Origin: Octopus vulgaris
Taxonomy: Eukaryota
Direction: 5' to 3'
NCBI GenBank assembly: GCA_951406725.2
Contig: OX597824.1
Location: 50,220,001-50,284,000 of the forward strand
Length of the DNA: 64,000 nt
Below, piece after piece: positions 1 to 13,856 of the stretch (position 1 is its first letter; each line of letters starts with the position of its first letter). A program made the position numbers and the translations under genes. The notes under the pieces are model-generated. The model was not told where the DNA came from, ran no database searches, and was given only the letters and a program-made list of their open reading frames with translations.

Positions 1-682
1 TTTAGTCTTCCTCAAATCACTCTGTCGCTAATTTACTCTCTTCCAAGAACATTTTCACTCACTGTTATCTGTTAGCTTCCCATACATTTTACTCATGTAT
101 CTATCAGCGTGATAGACAGAAACAAATATTACATTTACTTTCATTTTATTCGTCGCACACTGTGTGTGTGCGTTTGCGTGTGGTGTAAACCAGACTAAGA
201 AAAGCATTTGACACACACACCAGAATGTGAGTTTTCTGTAAATTTTGCTTAATTGGAGTTTAAATTTTAAAAACTGGACCTGGCAGACGCGATGCATTGT
301 ACTCTTAAAAATGGTAGGTAAATTGTAATTGAAGAAATCCTATATTGTAGATTTCTATAACTCCCAAAGGGAGGCAGATAAAATCTGCCTTTTATAATAA
401 GAGATATAGGCACAGGCATGGCAGTGTGATTTGGTGCCGCTGGAATGTTGATCTCACTTCTAATAACACCATGTGAGCTGACTTGAGCAATAGCAGCCCA
501 GACTCCAGTAGCCATCTTGGACCCCATTCGTCTAACGGAGGCTGATAAGCTAGGGTTCTGTAAGAAGCCAACAACATTTTGCATGGAGTCACATCAAACT
601 GTTTTAAATAATAATATATGCAACTTTTACTAGATGTATTGAGTGCCTCTTTCATTTGTCAACTCAACCTCGTACATACATC

Positions 683-3600
683 ATACATACATATGTCTAC
701 TCCTTATGCAGAGTTCGACCGCCTCCTGTACCTACACCTTAGCACCATAATGGCATCAAATGTGGCTTTTTAAACAAATGTTCTGAAAAGACATCCACAC
801 AGATTGCGCATCCGATTTGGACCACCAAGAGCTGCAGATAAATTCTGATCTGTGTGGATCTTAAAATGTCTTTCGAGGCATCCGTTGGATTTGCAAACCT
901 TCTGGCATACACTACATTTAAAGGTGTGCACAGACATATAGTCACAATAGTTGGTTGAGGTTCGTTTTCCATGCGCTCGTAGATGAGATTTGAGGCCAGA
1001 TAAATGGTCTATCACAGATTGTGCACACAAAAAGTTCATTGTCATTCAGCTTCTCTATCGTTACATTGTTCCTTAGATCTCTTTTGAGTCTTACATGCGT
1101 TATCCTGGCCTCTTCAAATGCTTCCACTCCACTCCACATTTTTGTTCGCCATCCGACTCGATCCGAAGCAAGGGTTCCTATGTCTACTGGATCTATTCCA
1201 AGTGACTTCATAATGGTCCTTATGCCGTCCTTAAACCTTTTTTGTTAGGATTACGCCGATAGCGTTTCCCGTCTGTAAGCTCACCATAAAACAGCTGTTT
1301 CGGCATGCGTTCATCTCATTCGATTCCTTAAAATCATAGATTTAATTGTCGCGATGCTTGCAGATGAAAAGAGATCTGTGTGTGAAGTTTAAGAAATCCA
1401 TTTAATTTTTAAAATGCGATGAAGGCATTTTTGGTGGAATTCTTCTAACAATTTGAAATACCTTTCATAACATGTACAAGTTTCACAGGAATACGATAGA
1501 GATGGAAAGACAAATGATTTGTAAAGAGTCAGCTTTGTATTCTTATTTATATGTCGCTGGCACCAAACGCGTGACTCCAAGCTACCAAATGCTTTTGCTG
1601 CCCTTTGAATTCGCACCTGTCTTTCTGTATCAAAATTTCCATAATTTTGAACAGAGCTTCAAAGGTAGATGAATGAATCGACAATCTCAAGTAACTTTCC
1701 CTTCACAAAAATTTTAGTGTGGTTACAAACAGCACCACACGCAGGTTGATGCATTACAACTGTTTTTTTTTTCAAGTTGATGGTCAAGCCAAAATGAACA
1801 CAAGCCGATTCAAATGCAGATACAAAAAACTGCAGACCTGTTTCAGAATGACTAACAAGATCGCAATCCTCAGCGAACAAAAGTTCCCTGAGTGAAGTAA
1901 AAACCTTCGTTTTAGATTTCAGTCTGGTCAGATTAAAAACATTCCCTGTTGTTCGATATTTTATGTAAATAACCCCCTCAGAGATTTTAAAAGCATGTGA
2001 CAACACAACAACAAAGTATATTGCAGAGAGGGTGGGTGTCTCAAGGTCTCGTGGCTTTACTCCATTTTCCACAGCAAAAGATTCAGAGAGCCTACCACTA
2101 AAATTAACTCTAGCTTTTATATCTTGATGCAAAGCCCTGACCATGTTTACAAATTTTTCTGGGAAACCTATTTTCCTTAGAATTAGCTACAGAGCATTTC
2201 GATTAATAGTATCGAATGCTTTTCTCAAATAAACAAATTAACAAAGCAATGATATAGGGAAAGATTCTGTTCAATACAATCAACTGTGACCCTGGAGGAA
2301 CGAAAACCACACTGAAACTCAGACACTATATTGGAATTATAAAGGTATTTAAACGTCTTAACAAAATGCGGGCATGTACTTTTCCCACCACAGACAAAAG
2401 CGAAATCCCACGAAAATTACCACACAGATCTTATGGCCCCGATTTATACGAGGAGACTAAAATGGCATCAATCCAGTCTTGAGGTACTTTCTCAGTTCTC
2501 CAACAGTGACAAATAAATATATTTAAGTGTTCAAACATTTTGTCACCCCCATATTTGAAGACTTTTGCACAGATTCCATCAGACCCCGGAGACTTATTGT
2601 TATTCAGCGTATTCATAGCTAAATAAATGTTATTTAGAGTTGGTTCAAGTGCCATATCTTCTATAAGTGGAAGGTGTCCGATTTTTTCTATAGTCCTCAC
2701 GTCAGCGAATGATGGTCTATTCAAAAGTGCAGAAAAATTAGAAGCGGTGTCAGTCAGAAGCAAACGTTCATTTGTTGTTGTGACTGAAGAAGAGTTTGGG
2801 CCATATACCTCATTAACATAAGAATACAAACCCTTGGCATCATTTCTATCAGCTGCTTCTTGTGCCCCTTTTGCTCTATCATTCCACCATTCCTGTTTAA
2901 TTTTCCTCAGAGCAGTCTGCACTTTCCTTTTCAGGTTTCTGAAAGTAGTGTATTGCCTAAGTTTTGTTTTTCTAAAAGTAGATCATAAATTTCTGCTGAT
3001 CTATCTGAGAACCAACCACTGAACTTATGTGATTTAAACCCCACTAACGAACTTGCAACCTGAAATACCTTTGCTTTGAAATCTTCCCATAGATTGTTTG
3101 GGTCAAGATTGATACTTTCTGTAGCATCGTGGAATCTTTGCAAGTTGCTTGATAATTTAAAGTTTGCAATATTAAACTTTTTTGGGTACCTTAGGACCAG
3201 TTTGTCGATTTTTAGGCATTATCAAAAAATCTATTTTCCCACGCATTAGATGATGGTCAGTCCACCTTTCTGCCCCTCTCATAGCCCGAACACTAGAACG
3301 TCTTTCACATCACGTTCCCTGATCAGAATATAATCTATGAGATGCCAGTGCTTATATCTCGGGTGCATCCAGGTTGTTTGATATTTATTTTTCTGCTTAA
3401 ACAGAGTGTTGGTGACAATCAGATTATTCTCAGTACAAAACATCAAAAGATCTACTCCATTTTTATTACATTTTCCAACACCATTTCGACCTAAAGCAGG
3501 CCATGAAACATAGTCCTTTCCAACTCTTGCATTGAAATCTACCAGTATGACCAGCTTGTCAGAAATTGATACTTTTCTCAATAATAGTGCTAGATCATCA

Positions 3601-4480
3601 TAAAACTGTCCTACAGTTTCATTAGAATGGGTCATTGTTGGTGCATGAATACTGACAACGATAAGAAACCTACCATTTGTCAGTTTAATACGGCATGACA
3701 TGGTTCATTCAGATATACACTTGCTCTGCAATGGAGGATACTAATGTTTTCTTGAGAGCAAACCTAACGCCAGATTCTCTACGCCGACCCTTAGGTAGGC
3801 CTCTCCAAAAGGTAGTATGTCCATTAGTAGGTTCATTTACTTGACCTTCACTAGAGATACGAGTTTCAGAGAGCACAATTATATCAAGGCAATATTTCTT
3901 AAGTTCACATGCAATAAGTGTAGTATGCCTTTCTGGCCTCTTGTTGAAATTATCATCTAAAAGTGTGCGTACATTTCAACAGCCAAAATTCAAAGGATGT
4001 TTATTTTTACTTTTTCTTGAAGATTGTTTGACCACAGTGGCAGGATGACGGCCGGTTCCAGCCTGTGATACACTGGGACACATGCCGAGCCAGACTTGTT
4101 CCTCTGACGTTGCCAAGCCTTTTTTGCCATTTAATGAATCTGAGACATTATAGAGCAAGTTACAAGTGCATTTTTAGGTTTCTGCCAGCCAGCCAATTCA
4201 ATGATTTTACTAAGATTCAGAGTACAGGAAGCACCTGTGCAGATGAATAATTTTCAGTGGGTGTAGCTAGCACTGCACTACCCCCACCTATTGGCCCAAA
4301 AGACTTTCGTCGGTGTGACTTGAAAATTGACAAAACCAGGAACTTCCAAGGCCTCGGGTTTTATTTCGGAGATTTCCTTCTCCTAGGTAAATTACCAACC
4401 AAGGTTAAAAAGCTTCTATCTGCCCATGTGGTAAGCTATCCCACTCCGGACACCAAACCGACACTCAGACACTCTATAAA
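683..4480 (-). mobile_element. Decayed near-full-length RTE-clade (BovB-like) non-LTR retrotransposon: 5' UTR, APE endonuclease, RT, C-terminal C2H2 fingers
   Basis: Minus-strand frameshifted pieces: NVRTLL..RPERHTTLIACELKKYCLDIIVLSETR (~3970-3860); SIHAPT..LVDFNARVG..TTWMHPRYKHWHLIDYIL (3279-3701); KSPGSDGI (2431-2922); ELLFAEDCDL, FGLTINLKK (1659-2144); CSVCQKVCKSNGCLERHFKIH (770-1045). Many stops and frameshifts. Confidence 0.9.
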
Positions 4481-4679
4481 ATGATCAAATATCACTCCAG
4501 TGACCGACGCGAAGTAGCTCATTCATACATAAAAAAAGAAGAAAAATACGATATGGGATTTGCAAATGTAAATAAGAATTATATATAAATATATAAAAGT
4601 AAAAGATATGCAATATATATATATATATAAGTAAATATATATATACATATACATACAAAAAAGATATATACATATTTAC

Positions 4680-4880
4680 AGACATTTTTGTTGGATGGCC
4701 GTTGGCTGTTCAGGAGTTCCTTCACCCTTTGACGGATCTTATTTTTATCCCGCAGGGTGTCCAACAACACCCCCTCACCAAGCAAGCATGGTGGGGTTGC
4801 CAGCTTAGTCGCCGATGACCCGACTATGTGACAGGTTGACCTGGATTACATGTTACCAGTAGTACTCAAGAGCGACCTGA
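4680..4880. repeat. GC-richer structured repeat fragment abutting (CATA)n, possibly a LINE UTR end
   Basis: Abrupt composition change, internal hairpins (agtcg..cgact at ~4806-4826), ends directly at the (CATA)n tract. Family not identified. Confidence 0.4.
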
Positions 4881-5036
4881 CATACATACATACATACACA
4901 TACATACATACATACATACATACATACATACATACATACATACATACATACATACATACATACATACATGCATACATACATACATACATACATGTATGCA
5001 TACATACATACATACATACATACATACATACATACA

Positions 5037-5066
<30 letters not shown>
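4881..5066. repeat. (CATA)n microsatellite
   Basis: Direct sequence. Confidence 0.98.
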
Positions 5067-5067
<1 letters not shown>

Positions 5068-5073
5068 GTATGT

Positions 5074-5859
5074 CTATCATGGACCAACAACTGGATTACT
5101 TACTTCCATTTTGAACGGTATGTGTTTGCAGTACAGGAACAAGAAATATCAACCAAATACCGGATGCACAAAAGGGATAGAGATGCAGGAAAAGTAGCAA
5201 AATGTGATAACTGATGCAGACTTTGTGGAGTTAAAACCGAAGATGTTACCCATCTCGTAAAAATGTCATAACAGTATTATCTACCGATGAGACATGATGT
5301 AGCTGAGACACTATATAATGAGATCCATTGGAAGGATAACCCCGATGCCAAAGAAATAAGAACCTACAATATGGTAGAGACCATAGCCACTCATAATAAA
5401 AAGGAGTACAGATGGAATGTTCCATTCAAAAACCTCAGTAAAATGTAAACATATTAGACTTAACATAGTGATTTAAGATAAAGATGAGAAATTGTGAACA
5501 GTTGTGGAAATCAACTGCCCAGCAGATGTTAACATAAAGCTAAAGATCAGCAAAAAAGAAAATACCTGAGCTGAACTAATGAGAAATCTACAGTTACTCT
5601 ATCCAGATTATAAGTTTAACTTTGTATCTGTAATTATCGGGGCACTGGAATATGCAACACACTACCTAAGTACCAATCTTGAGGAATTAGGCTTCTCAAA
5701 ACAAGAAAGGGGAAAGTTGATACGAAGACTACAGATCCAATTCATCACTGGAGCTGTAAAAATCTGTAAAACTTTCCAGAAGTTTATCATTTAAGTATAT
5801 ATTAGCATGTATAGACATTCAACTATATGCATGTAAAACAAAACATACAATCTGCACAT

Positions 5860-5860
<1 letters not shown>
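5074..5860 (+). mobile_element. Degenerate 3' fragment of a restriction-like-endonuclease (R2/R4/NeSL-group) LINE embedded in (CATA)n
   Basis: CRLCGVKTEDVTHLV (~5215-5260), RHD (~5290), VVEINCPADV (~5500) and MRNLQLLYPDYKFNFVSVIIGALEY (5579-5794) match the CCHC + PD-D/E endonuclease C-terminus. Flanked on both sides by (CATA)n. Confidence 0.75.
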
Positions 5861-6388
<528 letters not shown>

Positions 6389-6754
6389 TGCCGGTGCTTC
6401 AGCTTGGCTACAGCCTCAAGGCTGAAACACATAAAAGAATATATAGGTGTGTGTGTCTATGTATATACGGGTAGAGAAAGAAATAGATACAGAAGAACGA
6501 GAGAGAGAAAGCAGCTGAGGAATGAGAACACTGTGAAAATCAAGCGCAGACAGTTACTGACTTGTAGTGTTTCCCTCATTGTGAAGTTTTTACAGTCTGT
6601 AATCATTGGGTTTATTTGTGAAAGGATAAAAGAGAATACGTCGTACTCGATCAATTAATGGTGTGGCAAGGTCCATTGAACACCATCTCCTCCTCTCTCC
6701 CTCTCTCCGACCTCTCTCCCTCTCTCCGACCTCTCTCTAACTCTCTCTCATTTA

Positions 6755-6813
<59 letters not shown>

Positions 6814-7136
6814 ATTTTACTGCTGCTACTACTTTTACTGCTTCTGCAGTGATCGCTACGAATGTTGCTTGTCCTTGTAATGGACACTTTTATGTTTTTG
6901 CCCAAAAGTCCATAACATAACATGTGCGCTTGTGTATGTCAGTATATGTTGGAGAGAATATGTAAGTTTATGCGTGTGCATATATACATACATATACATA
7001 CATACATACATACATATGTATATATACATACATACATACATTCATACATACATACATACATACATACATACATACATACATACATACATACATACATACA
7101 TACATACATGCATACATACATATATATATAGATATA

Positions 7137-7678
7137 TTTAATGTAGGCTAAAATTTTTTCGAAAGAAAAAATTTTTTATCAATGGCCAGCATATTAAAAA
7201 ATACCTTTAAAGGTTAAAATTATAAACAACTTATAAATAAGAGCAAACGAAAAAATTTCTAATGCCAAATATGCCGAAATTGGACATATTGTCCATAACC
7301 ATGTAATTTTTCATAATACGCACGTTACTCGAAAAAAGGTCGACAGAAATGTCTATAAAATTCCATTATTACCATATCGGACCGATTTGAGGGTTAGTTC
7401 ATAAGAAATAAATGAGATACTTACTCATATCCATGGGTATGAGTAAGTATCTCATTTATTTCTTTGCCACATTTATTACTGACGAAGGGAGGGTTCTTAT
7501 GAACTAACCCTCAAATCGGTCCGATATGGTAATAATGAAATTTTTTAGAAATTTCTGTCGACCTTTTTTCGAGTAGCGTGCGTATTATGAAAAAGTATAT
7601 GGTTATGGACAATATGTCCAATTTCGGCATATTTGGCATTAGAAATTTTTTCGTTTGCCCTTATTTATAAGTTGTTTG
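7137..7678. repeat. Fold-back element: ~180-bp inverted arms with an internal ~60-bp near-perfect hairpin and a degenerate hammerhead-like motif
   Basis: 7224-7405 is the reverse complement of ~7494-7678. Hairpin at 7403-7464. CTGACGA-AGGG..CCCT-cAAATCGGTC at 7479-7521. Confidence 0.85.
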
Positions 7679-7727
7679 ATACTCCTTGTTGTTCCTACAC
7701 CTATCTTCATCTTTTGTTTTCCGTAAA

Positions 7728-9300
7728 GTGGTAACGAGGATTTAAGCAATTCATGAGGACAACGATTTAAACAACTCACGATGGATTAATAAAATCGACG
7801 AAGATAAGCCAATTCACGTGGAGTTAATAGAAACTCGAAGAGGAGTTAATAAACTTACAAAGTTAGTGTACGAATTTTGCGAAAAATCGTAAAAGTATGG
7901 AAAATTTGTTGGCAGGTTTGCTCAAGTTGCAAAAACTGCAACTGCAGCAGATACAATAGAGCAACGACAACAAATGCTGCAATTAATGAAGTCGTCAGGA
8001 AATTCAGAAAAAATATTCTCGCCAGACTATGTTGCGAACTCCATTTCAGTGTTCAAATATGAACCAGACGAAGGAGCTGCCTAGGTGGCATACTACAGAA
8101 GATATGAGCAAATATTCGATAAAGAATGTAAAGATTGGGACGACGAGATGAAAACGCGCTTAATCTTGAGAAAACTGGTGGCAACAGAACATGACAGATA
8201 CAGTAATTACGTACTTCCAAGAAAACTTTCTGACAAATTTTAATGACACAATAGATATATTCTGTAAAGTTTTCAGTGGAAAAAGCTCTATTGCTTAACA
8301 CGTTGGAAGTGTCTGAACATAGAGAAAAACAACGACGAGAACTACATCACATTTACTGGTAGAGTCAACAGGGAATGCAAGAGGTGTAAGCTGAATGAAT
8401 TAACGCCAGATATGTTCAAATGCTTGATTTTTATACAAGGACTTATTGCTGAAAAGGACGCAGAAGTTAGAACTAGAATTCTCGCAAAGCTGGAACAAAA
8501 CCATGATGTAACCCTACAGCAAGTGTCAGAAGAATGTGAAAGGATAGTCAAATTAAGACATCACACAGAGGAAATCGAGTGGAAAGATTGTTTTCAAGTA
8601 AAACACGTGCGAAATAGTCAGAATAGGGATAAATGTTTCCTAAAACACGCGACAAAAAATCAAGAAATAAACCCATATTTTGCATGTGGAGGTATACACG
8701 TGAAAAAAAATGACCATTTAAGAAAGTGGATTGCTTTCATTGTGGTAATATCGGACATATAAAGAAGTACTGTAGAACGAAAATGATAAAATGTCAGAAT
8801 AAAGGAGAAAGAATAAATACTATATCATCGGAAGAAATTGGCAACATAACGACGAGGAAATTCGTGAAGGTGAAAATCAGAAATGCAAGTGTTAAAATGC
8901 AGTTGGACATTGGTAGTGATATCACCATTATAAAAAGAAGAAAAAAATCTTGGAAATATGTCAGTAAGCCGAAATTAATTAAATCTAAAAAGGTAGCACA
9001 TGGTTTTACGAGAAAAAAAATTATTTTTTCGGTGAATTCGTATGTAGTGTAACATATCGCGGTCAAACGTAATGTGTTAAAAAAGTTCATTTGATTTATT
9101 CGGCACAGAGTGGATGGAAGTATTCAAGGTAGGAAATACGCCCATAAGTGTTTTGTGTGGAAATATAGTCGGTTCAGTGGAAGGTTCGAATGCAGCAGAG
9201 TGACTGAAATAAAAAAATTGCAGTAAAACAGAGTTTACGATAAAAAGTAAACATTGTTCAAAAGTAGATGTTTCGTGATCCAGACTACACATCGACTACA
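7728..9300 (+). mobile_element. Degenerate, internally deleted Ty3/Gypsy (Mag-like) LTR retrotransposon: PBS-like site, gag, zinc knuckle, protease, start of integrase
   Basis: tggtaacgagg PBS-like site at ~7728. Gag PDMFKCLIFIQGL..VRTRILAKLEQ (8412-8762); CFHCGNIGHIKKYC; protease MQLDIGSDITII (8726-9052); SRLHIDY integrase-like motif at ~9278-9299. RT/RNase H not seen; LTR pair not resolved. Confidence 0.8.
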
Positions 9301-10332
9301 TTGATAAAGGTATACGCAACACACGTGCATAACATACTCGCATACATACCTTGTTCGCACATATATACCTTGTCCTATCCTTCAAGATTTACTCTGATAA
9401 AAGTCGCATTCTATCTTCATCTACTCTAGCAATTTTCTGCTCGTCTGCGGGTTCTGTCCTGTCGAGACATTACATTCTTTTACGTGGACCTGTATTACTA
9501 TGAATATGTTTATCAGTATACAGTTTATACGAACTGTACATTGGTCACGCATATTGTATATAATCATTTGTGTAATGTATGCAAAACAATACTGCACATA
9601 TATGTCCGAGCAGTATGCATATTTACAAGACATGCAGGCATAGTTTATTATATTACAGCACAAATACAGACGATAAGCTAACTAACGGAAAAGGTTTATG
9701 GAGTAAAGCACATGACAGTAGAGTATAGGATCTGATTATGATGTGGTATTTATTAAGAGCACGCTAAAAGAGATTTCTAATTGAAGATAACGCGTTGTTC
9801 CAGATGTTTAAGGGTTTCATTAAAGTCAGTGTTAGAGGACGCGGTATATTGAGATATGATGACGAGAAGGGCAAGACCAGAGTTATAGTATCAGGTTACG
9901 AGTTTAAGAACACCTAAGGTGTTATGAGCGCCCAGCGAGTGTTCACAAAACCTCTCGTTGAAAAGGTACCAGAATGGTGTATATGAGATTAGAGAAGGTA
10001 CGGTGATTGACCACGTTGACCCTAATCTTTGGAACTAACCAAGTTGTGATGAGCGGACAATTAAGGAAAGGAGTTCGGAAACATCTGGGAGTGCCAGATT
10101 AGGTACCTTTCAGCGTTATAAAATCCAATAGGTAATAGAAGAATACAATCCGTTTGCAGTACATATAATAAAACTGTCGTTCAGAAAGGAGCAATGACTT
10201 GATATATACATATACACCCATCACCTATCTTTTTCATCGACTGAAATCTTTACGAAAGGTCGTAATTTGCAGTGCTGGCTCGGAAAGCTGTAGAGATAAA
10301 CTTAAAAGCAAAATGTGTGTGTGTGTGTATTT

Positions 10333-10411
<79 letters not shown>

Positions 10412-10912
10412 TGCGTGCGTCCGGTTTGTTGCTAATAACAGTTATATTAATCGGTCACATAGGTTTTTAACGGTCGAAGCTCTTATTGAAACCTTGGTGT
10501 CAATGTGTGTGTATATATATTTATGTGTGTGTGTACATATATATATACACATATGAATGCATACACAAGCATACACATACACACACACACACACACACTC
10601 ACATATATATATATATATATATGGCTCAATATATTTATACATGCGCTACTTATCCACATGTATTATATTTATGTGTATGCATATATATGCGTGTATGTTT
10701 CGATACTGTCATACACACGCTTAATACGTGAATCTCTATTCTCACAAGCATGAACATTCATTCACGTTTAGATAAATCGACACACCCTAACAAATAAATA
10801 CAACACATACACCTTTCCACAAAGACTCACACAAACATGCACAGAGCCACACACATAGGCCGCATATGCACATATAAACACACAAAAATCTATAACGAGA
10901 TATAATAACACA

Positions 10913-12170
10913 ATGACATCTCATTTTTCCTTTTTCATCCATCACTGCACTCAATTTTTACCACATAAGCTGTTATATTCATTGATTTCCTTTTATTCTT
11001 TCAGCCTTTCATTCTTCATTCATTTATTGCTCCTTTCCTTCATTCCTCCCCTTCATTTATTCTCGTCTTCATTTATTTTTTGTTTAATTCATTTATTCCT
11101 CTTCGATTCATTCCTTAATTTCTCACTCCCTTTATTTAACTCTTTGTTTCTTTCGTCACTCAGTTTTCTTTACTTCCTTCTTTCATTCATTCTTGTATTC
11201 TTTTCTTAGTTCCTTCATCTCCTTCCTTCCTTTATATATTCCTTCCTTCCTTCATATATTTCTTCCTTTCTTCATATATTTCTCCCTTTATTCCGTCATT
11301 CACTTTTCCTTACATCCTTCTTTCATTCATTCTTGTCTTCCTTCCTTAGTTCCTTTATCTCTTCCTTCCTTCCTTCCTGCTTTCTCTCCATCTCTCCTCT
11401 CCTTCTTACTTCTTCCAATTCTACATTACTTTCTTCATTAACTTATTCCTTCGTTTATACATTTATTCATTTTGTCTTTCCTGTACTATTTTCTTCATTC
11501 CTTCATTGTTCTTTTACCATTCCTTCTTTCCTCCTTTCTTCATTCATTTATTCTTTACTTCTCTCCTTAACGTTTCCGCCATTCATTTATTTATTCCTAC
11601 ATTCATTATTCATTTCTTCATTCATTTATTCCTTTTTCTTTCATATATTATTTTGTTTAATGCATTTGTTCTTTATTCGTTCAATCATTTCTTTCTTTAA
11701 TTACCAATTTCTTTTTTATTCATTCATTCGTTTATTCTTTCCGTTCTTCATTTTCTTTCTTACTCCATTTGTTCCTCCTTACTTTTTTTGTTTTATTCCT
11801 TCATCCATCTATCCCTTCTTTCTTTCCTTCCTTATTTCGTTCATTCATTTCCCTTTTAGGTTCACCATTAATTTATTCCTTCTTTTATGCATTTATTTAT
11901 TTTCTTCTTAATTTTTCTATTCCCTCATTTTCCTTTCACCATTATTTAATTCTTTCCTTCTTTACTTTCTCTTTATTCATTTATGTTTTCTGTCATTCAT
12001 CTATTTATTCCTACCATCATTATTCTGTCTTTCAGTCCGTTATTTCTTCCTTTATGCATTCAATCACTCATTCATTCCTTCCTTCCTTCCTTCCTCCAGT
12101 CATTTAACTGAGCCTTAATTTCCTTTTTCATTTATTGCTTCTGTCATTCACTCATTCATTTATTCCCTGT
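10913..12170. repeat. ~1.25-kb degenerate pyrimidine-rich low-complexity tract (TTCC/TTCA/TTTA)
   Basis: Strong strand asymmetry; the F/S/L-rich ORFs are compositional artefacts. Confidence 0.9.
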
Positions 12171-12452
12171 TTCATCAAAATCAGGTTTTTGTCGAACAAT
12201 TTAAGATGGTTAGTTGGCAGAGACGGTAGAGCAATAGATAGAATATTTGCAGTATTTGTTCCGACTCTGCGCTTTAAGTTCAAATCTAGCCCGGATCAAC
12301 ACACACGCACACACACGCACACGTATTGTGAGGATGCATACATAGTTGTTCGAGTGTTGCCCTCAAGATCTCTTTATAAATGTCCTAGAAGTTTCACACT
12401 GCCTTGGCTTTGTTGACACATTTTATTTAACACACACATACACACAAACACA

Positions 12453-13730
12453 TCAGGTTCAGTAAAAAGTAAGCAACGTTTTGAACCATAAAGAATTTGT
12501 ACCGGATTTTGTGTTAGAGTTTTGAATCCTTTTTAAACATTTTTTGCAATTGTCTGATAATGCAGACATAGACTTGCCCAAATGCATCAATAAATTAACA
12601 TTGATGTTTTTCACCATTGTTACAATCATCTGAAATGGAACTGTCAAAGCGCGATATTCGAGCAATTTTGTTATTCAGCTTCAAAAGAAAAGCAGCTGAA
12701 ACTGCTCGTGATATCAATGAAACCTTTTGTGAAGAAATGACCAGTGAGCGGTCAACTTGAAAATGGTTTAAACAATTTCGCAGTGGAGACCTGAGCCTTG
12801 AAGATCGTGAGCGTAGTGGGCACCCATCTGTTATCGATGACGGTCAATTAAAGACCGCCATTGAAAAAGATTCACGTAAAGCCACTAGAGAACTGGTAAA
12901 AGAACTTAGAAGTTAGCTAGAAACCTTCCTGCAACCATTTATATACGATTGGAAAATCAAAAAAGCTCGACAAGTGGGCACCATACGATTTGAATGAAAA
13001 TCAGAAAATGTGCAGATATGAAATTTACTCGTCGCTTCTTCTCCATAACTAGACCGATGCATTTCTCGACCGTATTGTAACTTGCGATGAAAAGTGGATT
13101 CTGTACAATAAAAAAAGATGTTCTACGCAGTGGTTGGACCAAAATGAACCATCGAAAACATTCTCAAAACCCGAGCTCTTCGAAAAGAAGGTTATGGTGA
13201 CTGTTTGGTGGTGTGCTGCTGGACACATCTACTATAACTTCTTAAAACCCCCGAAAAACCATTACTGCATAAACATATTGCCATGAAATTGCCGAAATAA
13301 ACGAAAAATTGCCACGCCTCCATCCCAGACTGGTCAACAAAAGAGGTCCAATCATTCTGCATGACAATTCTCAACCATACGTTTCACGAATGACGCTCCA
13401 GAAGTTAAGGGAACTTGGCTACAAAGTTCTTCCCCGCTCAGCTTATTCCCCAGACCTTTCTCCAGCCGACTACCACTTTTTTAAGCAGCGTGATTGTTTC
13501 CTACGAGAGGAGTTCAAAAATCAAACGGATGCTTGAAGTGCGTTCAAAGAGTTTATCAGCACCAGAACTCCAGATTCTTATGTTACCGGAATAAACAAAC
13601 TTGTAATTCGTTGGCAAAACTGTGTTGATTCTAATGGTACTTACTTTGATGAATAAAATTCCCGCATTGTTGAAATATATTGTAATGAATTTCATGTTTC
13701 AAAACGTTGCTTACTTTTTACTCAGCTAGA
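12453..13730 (+). mobile_element. Mariner (DD34D) DNA transposon with a dead transposase
   Basis: TIR core agtaaaaagtaagcaacgttttgaa at ~12461 with its reverse complement ending ~13722; TA on the right flank. ORF from ATG 12635 (MELSKRDIRAIL) with TCDEKW, ILHDNSQP, YSPDLSPADYHFF; stops and frameshifts. Confidence 0.93.
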
Positions 13731-13767
13731 TATATAATATATACACGGTGCGTTTCTTTCAGTTTCA

Positions 13768-13856
13768 GAGAAGGCACTTGCGCAAGGTGGCACGCATGGG
13801 ACTGAACCCGGAACCATGTGGTAGGAAGTAAAATTTCCTACAAAACAACCACATGC
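13768..13856 (-). mobile_element. 5' head fragment of tRNA-derived SINE family A
   Basis: Matches the head of the copies at 18765-19145 and 63339-63720 (ggttccgggttcagtccc B-box-like motif). Confidence 0.75.

Noticed and set aside
267-655. Overlapping minus-strand ORFs; PPLDEWGP..GVWAA faintly recalls a hAT-type transposase C-terminus
   Set aside because: Requires a frameshift, the match is very short and no TIRs were identified.
4790-4880. Possible HDV-like ribozyme (GGTCGCT/GGCGACT P1-like pairing on the minus strand)
   Set aside because: No P3/L3 or P1.1 GG in the required positions.
9660-10310. Unique-looking sequence after the Gypsy remnant, with GTGATGA..GGAAAC
   Set aside because: No paired stems around the motif and no recognisable ORF.
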